Below the pieces are notes generated by a model. The model saw only the letters and a program-made list of their open reading frames with translations, had not been told where the DNA came from and searched no databases. The position numbers and the translations under genes are program-made. Shown piece after piece: positions 29,826 to 41,077 of a DNA stretch of 64,000 nt. Origin of the DNA: Shewanella sp. (GTDB lineage Bacteria > Pseudomonadota > Gammaproteobacteria > Enterobacterales > Shewanellaceae); assembly GCF_048265805.1 (NCBI RefSeq), contig NZ_JBLXAT010000012.1, forward strand, positions 15,412 through 79,411, written 5' to 3'. Each line of letters begins with the position of its first letter. Positions within the stretch are counted from its first letter, which is position 1.

Positions 29826-31526
29826 GTGAGCACAGATTTAGTTGCAGATCCTAATGATGCTGCAGTCACCGACGAAGGCGTCCAGCAGGAGAATAAATCC
29901 GGCGTGATGGCGTCGTTTGGTAATGCTGACACGCTGAAGCAGGTCACTATGATCCTCGCGCTAGCGATTCTGTTAGCTGTGGCTGTGTTTATTGTGATTT
30001 GGGCCCAAGAGCCTGAGTACCGCCCTATTGGCAAAATGGACACCGAGCAAATGGTGCAAGTGCTGGATGCGCTTGATAAAAACCGTGTGCCATACAAGAT
30101 TGATGTTGATGTGATTAAAGTGCCGGAAGATCAGTATCAGCAAGTAAAAATGCTGCTGAGCCGAGAAGGCATTGATAACTCCGAAGATAAAGACGACTTC
30201 CTCAATAAAGATTCCGGCTTCGGTGTGAGCCAGCGCTTAGAACAGGCGCGTTTGAAGCACAGCCAAGAGATGAACTTGGCGAAAGCAATTGAAGAGCTAA
30301 GTAGCGTTAGTCGCGCTAAAGTGATTTTGGCGTTGCCGAAAGAGAACGTGTTTGCTCGTACCCAAGCGCAGCCTAGTGCCACGGTGGTGGTGAGCACTCG
30401 CCGCGGTGGCTTAGGTCAAGGCGAAGTGGATGCTATTGTCGATATTGTGGCGTCCGCTGTACACGGTATGGACCCAACAAAAGTTACAGTGACCGATGCA
30501 AGTGGTCGCTTACTTAACTCTGGTAGCCAGAATGCGGTATCTGCGCGTGCACGTCGTGAACTTGAGATAGTGCAGCAAAAAGAGAGTGAATACCGTAATA
30601 AAATTGACTCGATTCTGATCCCTGTGCTTGGTCCTGAAAACTTCACCTCACAAGTTGATGTGAACATGGACTTTACCGCAGTAGAGCAAACGGCTAAGCG
30701 CTACAATCCCGACTTGCCAGCGCTGCGCAGTGAAATGACGGTAGAGAACAAATCGAACAACGGCACTAACGGTGGTATTCCTGGTGCGTTAACCAATCAG
30801 CCGCCAATGGAATCGAATATTCCTGAAGAAGCGGCAGGGGCTAATGCCAGCCAAAGCAATAGCAGCAGCCACAATGAAGCTACGCGTAACTTTGAGTTAG
30901 ATACCACCATCAGCCATACCCGTCAGCAAGTTGGCGTCGTGCGGCGCATAAGTATCTCGGTCGCCGTGGACTATAAATCAGGTGAAGCTAGCGAAGCTGG
31001 CCAAGTGTCGCGGGTGCCGCGTACCGCAGAAGAGATGGCGAATATCCGCCGTCTGCTGGAAGGCGCTATCGGTTTCAGCACCCAGCGTGGTGACGTTATC
31101 GAAGTAGTGACGGTGCCATTCATGGATCACCTAGTCGATGATGCGCCAGAAATTCCGATGTGGGAACAACCATGGTTCTGGCGTGCCGCGAAATTGGCTA
31201 TCGGTGCTATCTTGATACTGGTATTGTTCCTGTTTATCGTGCGCCCAATCATGAAGAAACTGATTTTGGCTGACGATAAAGATATGCCTGATGAGCCAGG
31301 CTTAGGACATGAACTGGCCGATATTGAAGACCAATTTGCCGCCGATACCTTGGGCATGTTGGGTAAACAGGATGCCGAATATTCTTATGCTGAAGATGGT
31401 TCAATCTTGATCCCCGATCTGCATAAAGATGATGACATGATTAAAGCAATTCGCGCTCTGGTGGCTAATGAGCCTGAGCTTTCTGTCCAAGTAGTGAAAA
31501 ACTGGTTACAAGAAGATGGCAAATGA
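29826..31526 (+). CDS. fliF: MS-ring protein FliF
   Basis: 566 aa with an N-terminal TM segment. YRPIG...LDKNRVPYKI, RLEQARLKHSQEMNLAKAIE, a second TM segment near aa 450, and a C-terminal FliG-binding tail. Confidence 0.95.
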   Translation: MSTDLVADPNDAAVTDEGVQQENKSGVMASFGNADTLKQVTMILALAILLAVAVFIVIWAQEPEYRPIGKMDTEQMVQVLDALDKNRVPYKIDVDVIKVPEDQYQQVKMLLSREGIDNSEDKDDFLNKDSGFGVSQRLEQARLKHSQEMNLAKAIEELSSVSRAKVILALPKENVFARTQAQPSATVVVSTRRGGLGQGEVDAIVDIVASAVHGMDPTKVTVTDASGRLLNSGSQNAVSARARRELEIVQQKESEYRNKIDSILIPVLGPENFTSQVDVNMDFTAVEQTAKRYNPDLPALRSEMTVENKSNNGTNGGIPGALTNQPPMESNIPEEAAGANASQSNSSSHNEATRNFELDTTISHTRQQVGVVRRISISVAVDYKSGEASEAGQVSRVPRTAEEMANIRRLLEGAIGFSTQRGDVIEVVTVPFMDHLVDDAPEIPMWEQPWFWRAAKLAIGAILILVLFLFIVRPIMKKLILADDKDMPDEPGLGHELADIEDQFAADTLGMLGKQDAEYSYAEDGSILIPDLHKDDDMIKAIRALVANEPELSVQVVKNWLQEDGK

Positions 31527-32553
31527 GACAAATGAAAAAAGCGGTTTTAATGTCGACTCGTTGAGTGGCATTGAGAAAACCGCCATCTTGTTGCTGAGTC
31601 TCAGCGAAGCTGATGCTGCGTCAATTCTTAAGCATCTTGAGCCGAAGCAAGTGCAGAAAGTGGGCATGATGATGGCCAGTATGGACGAGTTCGGTCAAGA
31701 ACGCGTGCAGGCAGTGCATAAGCTCTTTTTGGATAATATTCAGAAGTATTCATCCATCGGCTTTAACAGCCATGAGTTTATCAAAAAGGCACTGACTGCC
31801 GCATTAGGTGAAGACAAAGCCGGTAACCTGATTGAGCAGATCGTCATGGGCTCCGGTGCCAAGGGTTTGGATTCGCTGAAATGGATGGACGCGCGGCAGG
31901 TGGCGAGTATTATTCAAAACGAACACCCGCAGATCCAAACGATTGTATTATCCTATCTTGAGCCAGACCAAGCGGCCGAAATTTTCTCGCAATTCCCTGA
32001 AAACACACGTGTTGACTTGATGATGCGTATCGCCAATCTTGAAGAGGTGCAACCCGCAGCGCTGCAAGAACTGAACGACATCATGGAGAAACAGTTTGCT
32101 GGTCAAGGTGGTGCGCAAGCGGCCAAAATGGGCGGCTTGAAGGCGGCAGCAAACATTATGAACTACCTCGATACCGGTATCGAAAGTCAGTTGATGGAAA
32201 CTATGCGCGAATCCGACGAAGAGATGGCGCAACAGATCCAAGACTTGATGTTTGTGTTCGAAAACCTTATCGATGTCGACGATCGCGGTATTCAAGTGTT
32301 GCTGCGTGAAGTACAACAAGATGTACTGCAAAAAGCGCTGAAAGGTGCCGATGACAATTTGAAAGAGAAGATTCTTGGCAATATGTCAAAACGTGCGGCC
32401 GAGCTGTTACGAGATGACTTGGAAGCAATGGGGCCGATTCGTGTCAGCGAAGTGGAAGTGGCGCAGAAAGAGATCCTCTCTATTGCAAGACGTTTATCCG
32501 AAGCGGGTGAAATCATGCTCAGCGGCGGTGGCGGCGGTGACGAGTTCCTATAG
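31516..32553 (+). CDS. fliG: Rotor/switch protein FliG
   Basis: EKTAILLLSLSEADAASILKHLEPKQVQKV, NEHPQIQTIVLSYL, MFVFENLIDVDDRGIQVLLREV. Confidence 0.95.
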   Translation: MANETNEKSGFNVDSLSGIEKTAILLLSLSEADAASILKHLEPKQVQKVGMMMASMDEFGQERVQAVHKLFLDNIQKYSSIGFNSHEFIKKALTAALGEDKAGNLIEQIVMGSGAKGLDSLKWMDARQVASIIQNEHPQIQTIVLSYLEPDQAAEIFSQFPENTRVDLMMRIANLEEVQPAALQELNDIMEKQFAGQGGAQAAKMGGLKAAANIMNYLDTGIESQLMETMRESDEEMAQQIQDLMFVFENLIDVDDRGIQVLLREVQQDVLQKALKGADDNLKEKILGNMSKRAAELLRDDLEAMGPIRVSEVEVAQKEILSIARRLSEAGEIMLSGGGGGDEFL

Positions 32554-32565
32554 GAATGACCAATA

Positions 32566-33456
32566 ATGGCTGAACATGAGCAGGCGCACGAGCGCGATGA
32601 TGAATCGCAAAATGAAGTTAGCCCTTGGGATCTTCCCGATGTAGGGGCTTCTCTGATTGCGCCTGAAACTAACGTTTTTGGCCGTAAATCAGTGCAACAT
32701 CAGCCTGTTGAACCGCCAAAGAAAATCCTGCCCCCCACCTTAGCCGAAATCGAACAGATCCGTGCTGAAGCAGAACAAGAGGGGATCGCCCAAGGTCATG
32801 CAGAAGGCTTGCAGAAAGGCATAGAGGAAGGTCGCTTGCAAGGGCTGCAAGAGGGGCATGCCGAAGGTTTTGAGCAAGGTAAGGAGCAAGGTTTAGCTGA
32901 AGGTTTAGCCGCGGCCGAACAAAAGCTGCAGCAGTTCGACGAATTATTGGCGCAGTTTCACCTACCACTGGCGTTGTTGGATAACCAAGTTGAACAAAGT
33001 CTATTAGCGCTAGTGCAAACGCTAGCCAAGCAAACCCTGCACCATGAGCTGAATACTCATGCTGATATTATTCTGTCGGCCTTGCGCGCGGGTATCGACG
33101 CCTTACCTATGCGTGAGCAACGTGTGAGTGTACGCTTACATCCTGAAGACGTGACTTTGGTGAGCGAGCTTTACGGCGAAGATCAGTTAGCCAAGAATCA
33201 ATGGCTGTTGGAAAAGGATCCAGGGCTGAGCCGAGGCAGCTGTATTGTTAGCTGTGAACGTTCTCAAGTGGATATGCAATTAGAGCAACGTATCGCGACC
33301 GTGTTTGCTGGCGTTGAGCAGCGTCAACAGCAGCTCACATCTGAACAACACGAACTAGAGCAGCAACTGCCAACGCCTCAACCCAACGCTGCGGTTGAAG
33401 ATAGTGCGCCGGAGGATAACGATGATGCAACACCGGCAAACAGCACTGCTGAATAA
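32566..33456 (+). CDS. fliH: Export ATPase regulator FliH
   Basis: Lies between fliG and fliI. It has a long GxxxG repeat tract and a FliH C-terminal domain ([11 protein letters not shown]...). Confidence 0.85.
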   Translation: MAEHEQAHERDDESQNEVSPWDLPDVGASLIAPETNVFGRKSVQHQPVEPPKKILPPTLAEIEQIRAEAEQEGIAQGHAEGLQKGIEEGRLQGLQEGHAEGFEQGKEQGLAEGLAAAEQKLQQFDELLAQFHLPLALLDNQVEQSLLALVQTLAKQTLHHELNTHADIILSALRAGIDALPMREQRVSVRLHPEDVTLVSELYGEDQLAKNQWLLEKDPGLSRGSCIVSCERSQVDMQLEQRIATVFAGVEQRQQQLTSEQHELEQQLPTPQPNAAVEDSAPEDNDDATPANSTAE

Positions 33457-34765
33457 TCTTAATACGCTAGCACAGCGTGTTCCGCCTTATCGTCCAGTCT
33501 CCAGCGGGCAACTTGTTCGCGTGGTGGGGTTAACACTCGAAGCGAGCGGTTGTCGTGCGCCAGTCGGCAGCTTATGCGAAATTGAAACCACAGAAGGCAG
33601 TTTAGATGCCGAAGTGGTCGGTTTTAGTAACGATTTGCTGTATCTGATGCCGGTTGAAGAGTTACGCGGCGTGGTGCCGGGGGCGAAAGTGACCCCGAAA
33701 GGTAACCAAGCTGGGCTCAGTGTTGGCATGGAGCTGCTAGGACGAGTGCTTGATGGCAATGGTTTGCCGCTTGATGGCCTTGGCCCTCTGCATACTGAAC
33801 AGCGCACCACGACCCATGCACAACCGATCAATCCGCTGGCGCGGCGCGCTATCTCAGAACATCTCGATGTCGGCGTGCGAGCGATTAACGCCATGCTTAC
33901 CGTCGGCAAAGGTCAACGCATGGGGCTTTTTGCCGGCTCAGGTGTAGGTAAAAGCGTGCTGTTGGGGATGATGACGCGTGGTACTACCGCCGATGTGATT
34001 GTGGTCGGCTTAGTGGGCGAACGTGGCCGTGAGGTTAAAGAGTTTATTGAAGAGATCCTCGGTGTAGAAGGCCGTAAACGCTCAGTTGTGATTGCTGCGC
34101 CTGCCGATACTTCACCGTTGATGCGTTTGCGCGCCTGTGAAACCTCCACGCGTATAGCCGAGTATTTTCGCGACCAAGGGTTAAACGTACTGCTGTTAAT
34201 GGACAGCCTGACCCGTTATGCCCAAGCACAGCGTGAAATTGCACTGGCTGTTGGTGAGCCGCCGGCGACTAAGGGCTATCCGCCATCAGTATTTGCCCGT
34301 TTGCCTCGTTTGGTTGAGCGAGCCGGTAATGGGGGCGAAGGCCAAGGGTCGATTACGGCATTTTATACCGTATTGACCGAAGGCGATGACCAACAAGACC
34401 CGATCGCAGACGCCTCGCGGGCGATTTTGGACGGACATATTGTGCTATCTCGTACCTTGGCAGACTCGGGGCATTATCCGGCCATTGACATCGAAGCGTC
34501 TATCAGCCGTGTTGCACCTATGGTGATCTCTGCCGAGCACTTAGAAGCCATGCGACGAGTGAAACAGATGTATTCCATTTACCAACAAAATCGTGATCTT
34601 ATCTCTATCGGTGCCTATTCACAGGGCAGCGATCCGCGGATTGATAACGCCATTCGATTGCAACCAGCGACTAACGCCTTTTTACGGCAACGGATGCATG
34701 AAGCGGTGAGTTTTGCTGATAGCCAACAGATGCTGGGCCAGTTAGCCGCCCAGTGTAAAGTGTAG
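33422..34765 (+). CDS. fliI: Flagellum-specific ATPase FliI
   Basis: Walker [14 protein letters not shown] and Walker [13 protein letters not shown]. The start is placed at the MMQHRQ codons, overlapping the end of fliH. Confidence 0.9.
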   Translation: MMQHRQTALLNNLNTLAQRVPPYRPVSSGQLVRVVGLTLEASGCRAPVGSLCEIETTEGSLDAEVVGFSNDLLYLMPVEELRGVVPGAKVTPKGNQAGLSVGMELLGRVLDGNGLPLDGLGPLHTEQRTTTHAQPINPLARRAISEHLDVGVRAINAMLTVGKGQRMGLFAGSGVGKSVLLGMMTRGTTADVIVVGLVGERGREVKEFIEEILGVEGRKRSVVIAAPADTSPLMRLRACETSTRIAEYFRDQGLNVLLLMDSLTRYAQAQREIALAVGEPPATKGYPPSVFARLPRLVERAGNGGEGQGSITAFYTVLTEGDDQQDPIADASRAILDGHIVLSRTLADSGHYPAIDIEASISRVAPMVISAEHLEAMRRVKQMYSIYQQNRDLISIGAYSQGSDPRIDNAIRLQPATNAFLRQRMHEAVSFADSQQMLGQLAAQCKV

Positions 34766-34775
34766 GTAATAACGT

Positions 34776-35228
34776 ATGGCAACCGATCCGCTATTTACCG
34801 TACTCAAATTGGCGCAAGAAGCCGAAGAGCAAGCGGCGCTTAAATTGAAAGCCGCGCAGCTAGAGTGTCAGCGACGCCAATCGCAATTGCAATCACTCAA
34901 CAGCTATCGACTGGATTACATGCAGCAGTTGACCAATCACCAAGGGCAACAGATCCGCGCTGACTATTATCAACAATTTCATCGGTTTATTCGCCAAGTG
35001 GATGATGCGATTAAACAACAAGCTATTGTGGTACAAGATGCTGATAAACAACGCCAGTATCGACAGCAGTATTGGATGGAAACACGGCAGAAGCGCAAAG
35101 CCGTGGAATTGCTACTCGAGAAAAAAGCCACCGCGCTCGCTATCAAGCAAGCCAAACAGGAGCAGAAGATGACCGATGAATTTGCCGCACAGCAATTTTA
35201 TCGGCAGCGACTAAACTCATCTTCATAA
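34776..35228 (+). CDS. fliJ: Export apparatus stalk protein FliJ
   Basis: A 150-aa coiled coil located directly after fliI. Confidence 0.85.
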   Translation: MATDPLFTVLKLAQEAEEQAALKLKAAQLECQRRQSQLQSLNSYRLDYMQQLTNHQGQQIRADYYQQFHRFIRQVDDAIKQQAIVVQDADKQRQYRQQYWMETRQKRKAVELLLEKKATALAIKQAKQEQKMTDEFAAQQFYRQRLNSSS

Positions 35229-35254
35229 GCTAAACTGACAACTAGCTATGCTTT

Positions 35255-35270
35255 TGGCCTAATTATTGCT
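35255..35270 (+). promoter_or_regulatory. Sigma-54 promoter for fliK-fliR/flhB
   Basis: TGGCCT-AATTA-TTGCT. Confidence 0.6.
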
Positions 35271-35343
35271 TTCCTTGGGCATACGCCAATTATTCGCTTT
35301 GTACTGACGTTATGTATCGCGAGATACCCGCGCGGAGGATCTT

Positions 35344-36852
35344 ATGCAGCAGTTAGCCAGCAGTGTTCTGCTTAATCATGATAACGCCAATACTCGGGCT
35401 AGTTCCGACAGAGGCTCGATATTAGATCCTAGCCAAGGGGCTGATTTAGGAGCTAAAACTTCCTCATTTCAAGAGTTATATGGCCAAGCACATCAGCAAC
35501 TGAACCAGGCAAAGCAAGCCTATCACCGCGCTGAAGCTCAGCATGTCACAAACACGCAATCAACACCGGAGCAGCCCGCTGAACATAGCGATACGGTTGA
35601 CTCTACGTTAGCGCAGATAGCCGCTGGCAAAAACTTGCCGTCTGATGCCGCCGAAGATAGCGATGCGATAGCGCAGCAGTTATCCAGCTTGTCAGATGAT
35701 GAAAAACAGCAGGTTCAGCAGTTATTAGCGCAGTTACTCGATAAGTTAAAAGGCGAAGGTAGTGAACAGCCGGGTGATGTAAAAACCAGTGAGCAAAGTA
35801 TTGCGGATATGCTGCAAGCGCTGCTAAATAACGTCGATAGCGATGATGCTGACGTGAATGAAGACAGTGTGGCCAGCTTACAAGATGTCTTAAAGCGCTT
35901 AGCTGATGGTGATGCGGTTAGTGATGATGAGTTGCGTGATGCATTAGCAACGGCCACTGATGCTAGCGCTTCTGATGGCGATCAGTCGGCTGCCATGCAG
36001 TTACTCGCCGCCCTATTGGGGCAGTTGCCGCAGCAAACCAAAAAAGCTGATTCAGCCAGCGAACCACCGCTAAATCTCGCCAATATTGACAGTAAAAATG
36101 CGGCAGGTAGCGCTAATGCTGACAGCCAACAAACGGCTACAGATAAACTCAGTGGTCAAAGTGCTGCACTCGACAATGCCGATGATAATGCCATTGCAGC
36201 ATCTAAAACCTTGGCTGATGCGGCTGATAAAGTTAGCGCTGGTGCGATGAATCACGATAAATCCGTGGCAAATGCGCGGGACATGGCTGTCGGTGACAAT
36301 GCTGGCGCTGGACTAAAAGATATCAGCGCCATGCTCAGCCAACAGCACAGCACGACCACGCAGACTTCTACTAGCCATGTGCAGTTGTCGTTGCGACTCG
36401 CTAATGAACAACAGGTACAGCAGCAAGATATGGTGCAGCGTTTTGCGCCAGTGATGCGACAACAACTGCTGACTATGGTGAAAGACGGTATTCAGCATGC
36501 CGAGATACGTCTCGACCCCCCTGAGTTGGGCTCGATGACCGTTAAACTCCAAGTGCGTGGTGATCATACCCAAGTGCAGTTCCATGTAACGCAAACCCAA
36601 GCAAAAGATCTGATTGAACAGGCGATGCCAAGATTAAGAGATTTGATGCAGCAGCAGGGCATGAACCTTACCGACAGCCAAGTTTCTTACGGCGGTGGTT
36701 CTGGTCAACAAGCACAAGGCGAGGAACAAGCAGAAAATGGTACGGGTTACGCTAGTGGCGATGACAATTCTGCTGAAACTTCAACCGAAATGACGCAGCA
36801 ACCGCTAAATCGCTCAGATAGTTATGCTTCGGGTATAGATTATTACGCTTGA
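35344..36852 (+). CDS. fliK: Hook-length control protein FliK
   Basis: 502 aa with an acidic, disordered N-terminal two-thirds. The C-terminal Flg_hook domain reads AEIRLDPPELGSMTVKLQVRGDHTQVQFHVTQTQAKDLIEQAMPRLRDLMQQQG. Confidence 0.85.
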   Translation: MQQLASSVLLNHDNANTRASSDRGSILDPSQGADLGAKTSSFQELYGQAHQQLNQAKQAYHRAEAQHVTNTQSTPEQPAEHSDTVDSTLAQIAAGKNLPSDAAEDSDAIAQQLSSLSDDEKQQVQQLLAQLLDKLKGEGSEQPGDVKTSEQSIADMLQALLNNVDSDDADVNEDSVASLQDVLKRLADGDAVSDDELRDALATATDASASDGDQSAAMQLLAALLGQLPQQTKKADSASEPPLNLANIDSKNAAGSANADSQQTATDKLSGQSAALDNADDNAIAASKTLADAADKVSAGAMNHDKSVANARDMAVGDNAGAGLKDISAMLSQQHSTTTQTSTSHVQLSLRLANEQQVQQQDMVQRFAPVMRQQLLTMVKDGIQHAEIRLDPPELGSMTVKLQVRGDHTQVQFHVTQTQAKDLIEQAMPRLRDLMQQQGMNLTDSQVSYGGGSGQQAQGEEQAENGTGYASGDDNSAETSTEMTQQPLNRSDSYASGIDYYA

Positions 36853-36905
36853 GTAGGTAACCTATGGCGTAAGCGAACCCATATTGGCGAATAAAGGATA
36901 AGTCG

Positions 36906-37424
36906 ATGGCTGAACAACCAGAGCTACAACTGGCCGAAAAAAGCGGTAAAAGTAAAAAGATGCTGTTTATTATTATCGCCGTTGTGGTGTTGCTGTTAGG
37001 CGGGGGCGCAGCGGCTTATTTCCTGATGGGGGGTGAGGATACGCCAGCTGCAACGGAAGATGCTGCGAGTGCTGGCGCCGATAACGCCGCGGTAACGTCT
37101 GCTAGTGAAGCATTTTATATCGCCATGCCGCGACCATTTCTTTTTAATGTGGCTGGCACCACCCGTTCCCGTCTTGTTGAGATAAAAGTGCAACTGATGG
37201 TGCGTGGAGAGGCGAATGATACTTCGCTGAAAAAACATATTCCGTTGGTGGAAGACGCCTTGCTCACCACCTTTAGTGCCGCCAGTGAAGAAAAACTGAG
37301 TACGCAAGCGGGCAAAGATGAACTGCGCCAGACCGCTCTGCTCAATGTGCAAAATACGCTACAACCAATTACTGGCAAAAAGATTGTCGAAAAAGTGTTG
37401 TTTACTGGTTTTGTAATGCAGTGA
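36906..37424 (+). CDS. fliL: Basal body-associated protein FliL
   Basis: 172 aa with a single N-terminal TM segment (MLFIIIAVVVLLLGGGAAAYFL), located before fliM. Confidence 0.85.
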   Translation: MAEQPELQLAEKSGKSKKMLFIIIAVVVLLLGGGAAAYFLMGGEDTPAATEDAASAGADNAAVTSASEAFYIAMPRPFLFNVAGTTRSRLVEIKVQLMVRGEANDTSLKKHIPLVEDALLTTFSAASEEKLSTQAGKDELRQTALLNVQNTLQPITGKKIVEKVLFTGFVMQ

Positions 37425-37453
37425 TGCTAATTGATTAAGCTAAGGCAGAAAAC

Positions 37454-38482
37454 GTGAGCGATATATTAAGCCAAGACGAAATTGATGCGCTGCTCCATGG
37501 TGTAGATGACGTCGATGAGGACGAGGTTGATAGCGGTAGCGATAGTGCTACCTCCTATGACTTTTCCTCACAAGATCGTATTGTCCGTGGTCGTATGCCG
37601 ACGTTGGAAATCGTTAATGAGCGATTTGCCCGTCACTTACGTATTAGCATGTTCAATATGATGCGCCGTACTGCAGAAGTCTCCATCAATGGGGTACAGA
37701 TGCTAAAGTTTGGTGAGTACGTACATACGTTGTTTGTTCCAACCAGCTTGAATATGGTGCGCTTTAGCCCGCTCAAAGGCACCGCCTTAATCACCATGGA
37801 GGCTCGCCTCGTTTTCATACTGGTGGATAATTTCTTTGGTGGTGATGGCCGTTTTCATGCCAAAATTGAAGGGCGCGAATTTACGCCAACTGAACGTCGC
37901 ATTATCCAGTTGTTGCTGAAAATTATCTTTGAAGATTATAAAGATGCGTGGGCGCCAGTGATGGACGTTGAGTTTGACTATCTCGACTCAGAAGTTAACC
38001 CTGCGATGGCTAACATCGTTAGTCCAACCGAAGTGGTAGTGGTTAACTCGTTCCACATTGAAGTGGATGGTGGCGGTGGTGATTTCCACATTACGATGCC
38101 TTACTCAATGATTGAGCCCATCCGCGAGCTGTTAGACGCCGGGGTGCAGAGTGACAAACAAGACACCGATATGCGGTGGTCACAAGCACTGCGAGACGAG
38201 ATTATGGATGTTAAGGTAAGTGTCGATGCACGCTTGCTTGAAAAGGAACTGACTTTACGTGATGTGATGGAGATGCAAGCTGGCGATATTATCCCCGTCG
38301 AAATGCCGGAACATCTCGTGATGAAGATTGAAGATTTACCGTCATACCGTTGTAAATTGGGCCGAGTAAAAGAAAATTTGGCACTGCAAATTGCAGAGAA
38401 AATCCCGCGCCCAGAAACAGTGAAGAGCGAACTACAATTAGTTATGCGTAAGAACAAGTCCAAAGAGATCACTGAAATATAA
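37454..38482 (+). CDS. fliM: C-ring switch protein FliM
   Basis: N-terminal CheY-binding peptide MSDILSQDEIDALLHG, then RMPTLEIVNERFAR. GTG start. Confidence 0.95.
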   Translation: MSDILSQDEIDALLHGVDDVDEDEVDSGSDSATSYDFSSQDRIVRGRMPTLEIVNERFARHLRISMFNMMRRTAEVSINGVQMLKFGEYVHTLFVPTSLNMVRFSPLKGTALITMEARLVFILVDNFFGGDGRFHAKIEGREFTPTERRIIQLLLKIIFEDYKDAWAPVMDVEFDYLDSEVNPAMANIVSPTEVVVVNSFHIEVDGGGGDFHITMPYSMIEPIRELLDAGVQSDKQDTDMRWSQALRDEIMDVKVSVDARLLEKELTLRDVMEMQAGDIIPVEMPEHLVMKIEDLPSYRCKLGRVKENLALQIAEKIPRPETVKSELQLVMRKNKSKEITEI

Positions 38483-38494
38483 GGTTTTAGTAGC

Positions 38495-38878
38495 ATGAGT
38501 AATGATGATATGGATGATTGGGCAGCAGCGATGGCTGAACAAGCTGATGAAGAGGCTAAAGCGGTCGAACTCGAAGAGCTCAAAGACAATGGCGTTCATA
38601 CGCTTACTGATGACGAATCAGCCAAGCTGGATACCATTTTAGATATTCCGGTGACTATCTCTATGGAAGTCGGCCGTAGCTTTATTAGTATCCGTAACTT
38701 GCTTCAACTTAACCAAGGTTCAGTGGTGGAACTTGATCGCGTTGCCGGTGAACCACTGGATGTGATGGTAAACGGTACGCTGATTGCTCACGGTGAAGTG
38801 GTGGTCGTTAACGACAAGTTTGGTATCCGTTTGACTGACGTGATCAGCCAAACCGAACGTATTAAAAAGCTTAAATAA
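38495..38878 (+). CDS. fliN: C-ring switch protein FliN
   Basis: LDTILDIPVTISMEVGRSFISIRNLLQLNQGSVVELDRVAGEPLDVMVNGTLIAHGEVVVVNDKFGIRLTDV (the SpoA domain). Confidence 0.95.
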   Translation: MSNDDMDDWAAAMAEQADEEAKAVELEELKDNGVHTLTDDESAKLDTILDIPVTISMEVGRSFISIRNLLQLNQGSVVELDRVAGEPLDVMVNGTLIAHGEVVVVNDKFGIRLTDVISQTERIKKLK

Positions 38879-38881
38879 CTG

Positions 38882-39259
38882 ATGTTAACTTCAACGATTT
38901 TAAGTGCTGCCGCTGCGGCAGCAACCACCTCCACCCCAGCACGTAATGGCGTCGATTTTAGTGCCATTGCTGGCATGTTCGGCGGCTTGCTGGTGGTATT
39001 GATGATCATTATTGCGTTAGCTTATGGCCTCAAAAAGCTCAACTTAACCAGCAACAGTAGCAGTGCTATTAAAGTACAAGCGCAAACGGCGATGGGGCCG
39101 AAAGAGCGCTTGGTGTTGGTTGCGGTGGGCGAACAGCAATATTTGCTCGGGGTTACGGCGCAACAAGTCTCATTGATCGATAAACTGGATACACCAGTAG
39201 TTATCGAAACTCACTCTTTCTCTCAACGACTCAAACAGGCGAGGGCCAACCAGGAATGA
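38882..39259 (+). CDS. fliO: Export gate assembly protein FliO
   Basis: 125 aa with a single TM segment, lying between fliN and fliP. Confidence 0.8.
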   Translation: MLTSTILSAAAAAATTSTPARNGVDFSAIAGMFGGLLVVLMIIIALAYGLKKLNLTSNSSSAIKVQAQTAMGPKERLVLVAVGEQQYLLGVTAQQVSLIDKLDTPVVIETHSFSQRLKQARANQE

Positions 39260-39999
39260 AGTGGCTGCCACTGGCAATACTCTGTTTATTGATGTTTTCG
39301 GGCTCGGTAGCAGCGCAGGATGCGTTGTTTCCGGCAGTAACGGTAACTTCTGGCCCCAATGGTGAAACCGAATATTCGGTAACCATGCAGATTTTACTGC
39401 TGATGACCGCGCTGAGCTTCTTGCCTGCAATGGTCATTATGCTGACGTCATTCACTCGCATTATTGTCGTGTTAGCGATTTTGCGCCAAGCCATTGGCTT
39501 ACAACAAACGCCTTCGAACCAAGTATTGATTGGCATCAGTTTGTTCATGACCTTTTTTATCATGCACCCAGTTTTTGAAAACATTTACGATAATGCGGTG
39601 CAGCCATACATGAACGAGACCATGACGCTGCAACAAGCGTACGAAACTGGCCAGCAGCCGTTAAAAGCCTTTATGTTGTCGCAGACTCGCAACACTGACC
39701 TCAATTCATTTATCGAGATTGCGGGCTATACCGACATCCAAAAAGCCGAAGACACGCCAATGACGGTGGTGATCCCATCGTTTATCACCAGTGAACTTAA
39801 AACCGCGTTCCAGATTGGCTTTATGCTGTTTATCCCGTTCTTGGTGATAGACCTCGTGGTGGCCAGTATTTTGATGGCGATGGGGATGATGATGCTGTCG
39901 CCAATGATTGTATCGTTACCGTTTAAAATCATGCTGTTTGTTCTGGTTGACGGCTGGACCTTAGTGATGGGCACACTTGCCAATAGCTTTGGCAACTAG
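39256..39999 (+). CDS. fliP: Export gate protein FliP
   Basis: Signal peptide plus [57 protein letters not shown]. Confidence 0.95.
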   Translation: MKWLPLAILCLLMFSGSVAAQDALFPAVTVTSGPNGETEYSVTMQILLLMTALSFLPAMVIMLTSFTRIIVVLAILRQAIGLQQTPSNQVLIGISLFMTFFIMHPVFENIYDNAVQPYMNETMTLQQAYETGQQPLKAFMLSQTRNTDLNSFIEIAGYTDIQKAEDTPMTVVIPSFITSELKTAFQIGFMLFIPFLVIDLVVASILMAMGMMMLSPMIVSLPFKIMLFVLVDGWTLVMGTLANSFGN

Positions 40000-40008
40000 G
40001 AGAACATT

Positions 40009-40278
40009 ATGTCACCAGAAACCTTTGTCGATGTATTGCGTGAAGCGTTATCGATCATTGTGGTGATAGTGTCTGCCGCGGTGGTGCCGAGCCTGATCGT
40101 TGGTTTGGTGGTGGCGGTGTTTCAAGCGGCAACCTCAATTAACGAACAAACGCTCAGTTTTCTTCCTCGTCTGCTGACAACTCTGTTAGCGCTGATGTTT
40201 CTTGGTCACTGGTTAGTACAGATGCTGATGGACTTCTTTATGGAGATGGTCCACCGGATCCCGCAAGTGGTGGGTTAG
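40009..40278 (+). CDS. fliQ: Export gate protein FliQ
   Basis: 89 aa with two TM segments. AVFQAATSINEQTLSFLPRL. Confidence 0.95.
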   Translation: MSPETFVDVLREALSIIVVIVSAAVVPSLIVGLVVAVFQAATSINEQTLSFLPRLLTTLLALMFLGHWLVQMLMDFFMEMVHRIPQVVG

Positions 40279-40279
40279 C

Positions 40280-41077
40280 ATGGAGTTTCTGTTTGCTACG
40301 TTGCAACAGACCATCGCCGCATACGCATGGCCAATGTTCCGTATCTCTAGCATGTTGATGGTGATGGCCATTTTTGGCGCGTCCACGACGCCAATGCGAG
40401 TGCGGTTGTTGATGGCGGTGGCAATCACTGTTGCCGTCGCGCCGATGTTACCACCGATGCCGCAAGAAGATTTACTGTCGATAAAATCTGCCATCATCAG
40501 CTTGCAGCAAGTGTTGATTGGTGTGGCGATAGGGTTTGTATCGCTGATGTTGATGCAGATATTTGTGCTGACCGGCCAAGTTATCGGCATGCAAACCAGT
40601 TTAGGGTTTGCCTCTATGGTGGACCCGTCATCAGGTCAGCAAACACCGGTCGTCGGTAACTTCTTTTTGGTGCTAACAACATTGATTTTTCTAAGTGTTA
40701 ACGGGCACTTAGTCATGTTACGTATGTTGATTGCCAGTTTTGATAGTATTCCCGTATCAACTTCAGGTATTGAGCTTGGCAGTATGCGAGCGCTAGCAGA
40801 GTGGGGCAGTTATATGTTTGGTGCAGCATTAACCATGTCGCTGTCTTCGATTATCGCGCTGCTGGTGGTTAACCTCTCTTTTGGGGTAATGACCCGAGCC
40901 GCACCGCAATTGAACATTTTTGCCATTGGCTTTCCGGTGACCATGATTGGCGGCTTGATCATCCTTTGGCTCACGTTAGATCAAATTATGAGTCATTTCG
41001 ATGAGGTATGGCAGAGTGCGCAAGTGCTGATCTGCGATATTGCGGGCCTGCAATGTAATCTTGATGGGGTGCCATAA
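40280..41077 (+). CDS. fliR: Export gate protein FliR
   Basis: A 265-aa polytopic membrane protein located between fliQ and flhB. Confidence 0.9.
   Translation: MEFLFATLQQTIAAYAWPMFRISSMLMVMAIFGASTTPMRVRLLMAVAITVAVAPMLPPMPQEDLLSIKSAIISLQQVLIGVAIGFVSLMLMQIFVLTGQVIGMQTSLGFASMVDPSSGQQTPVVGNFFLVLTTLIFLSVNGHLVMLRMLIASFDSIPVSTSGIELGSMRALAEWGSYMFGAALTMSLSSIIALLVVNLSFGVMTRAAPQLNIFAIGFPVTMIGGLIILWLTLDQIMSHFDEVWQSAQVLICDIAGLQCNLDGVP

Noticed and set aside
38101-38589. A 162-aa Ser-rich ORF antisense to the fliM/fliN junction. Similar antisense ORFs occur at 23276-23761 (in fliD), 33487-33909 (in fliI) and 50275-50733 (in cheA).
   Set aside because: All are embedded in strongly conserved flagellar or chemotaxis genes on the other strand. 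Their composition is skewed and they contain no recognisable motifs. They are typical shadow ORFs.
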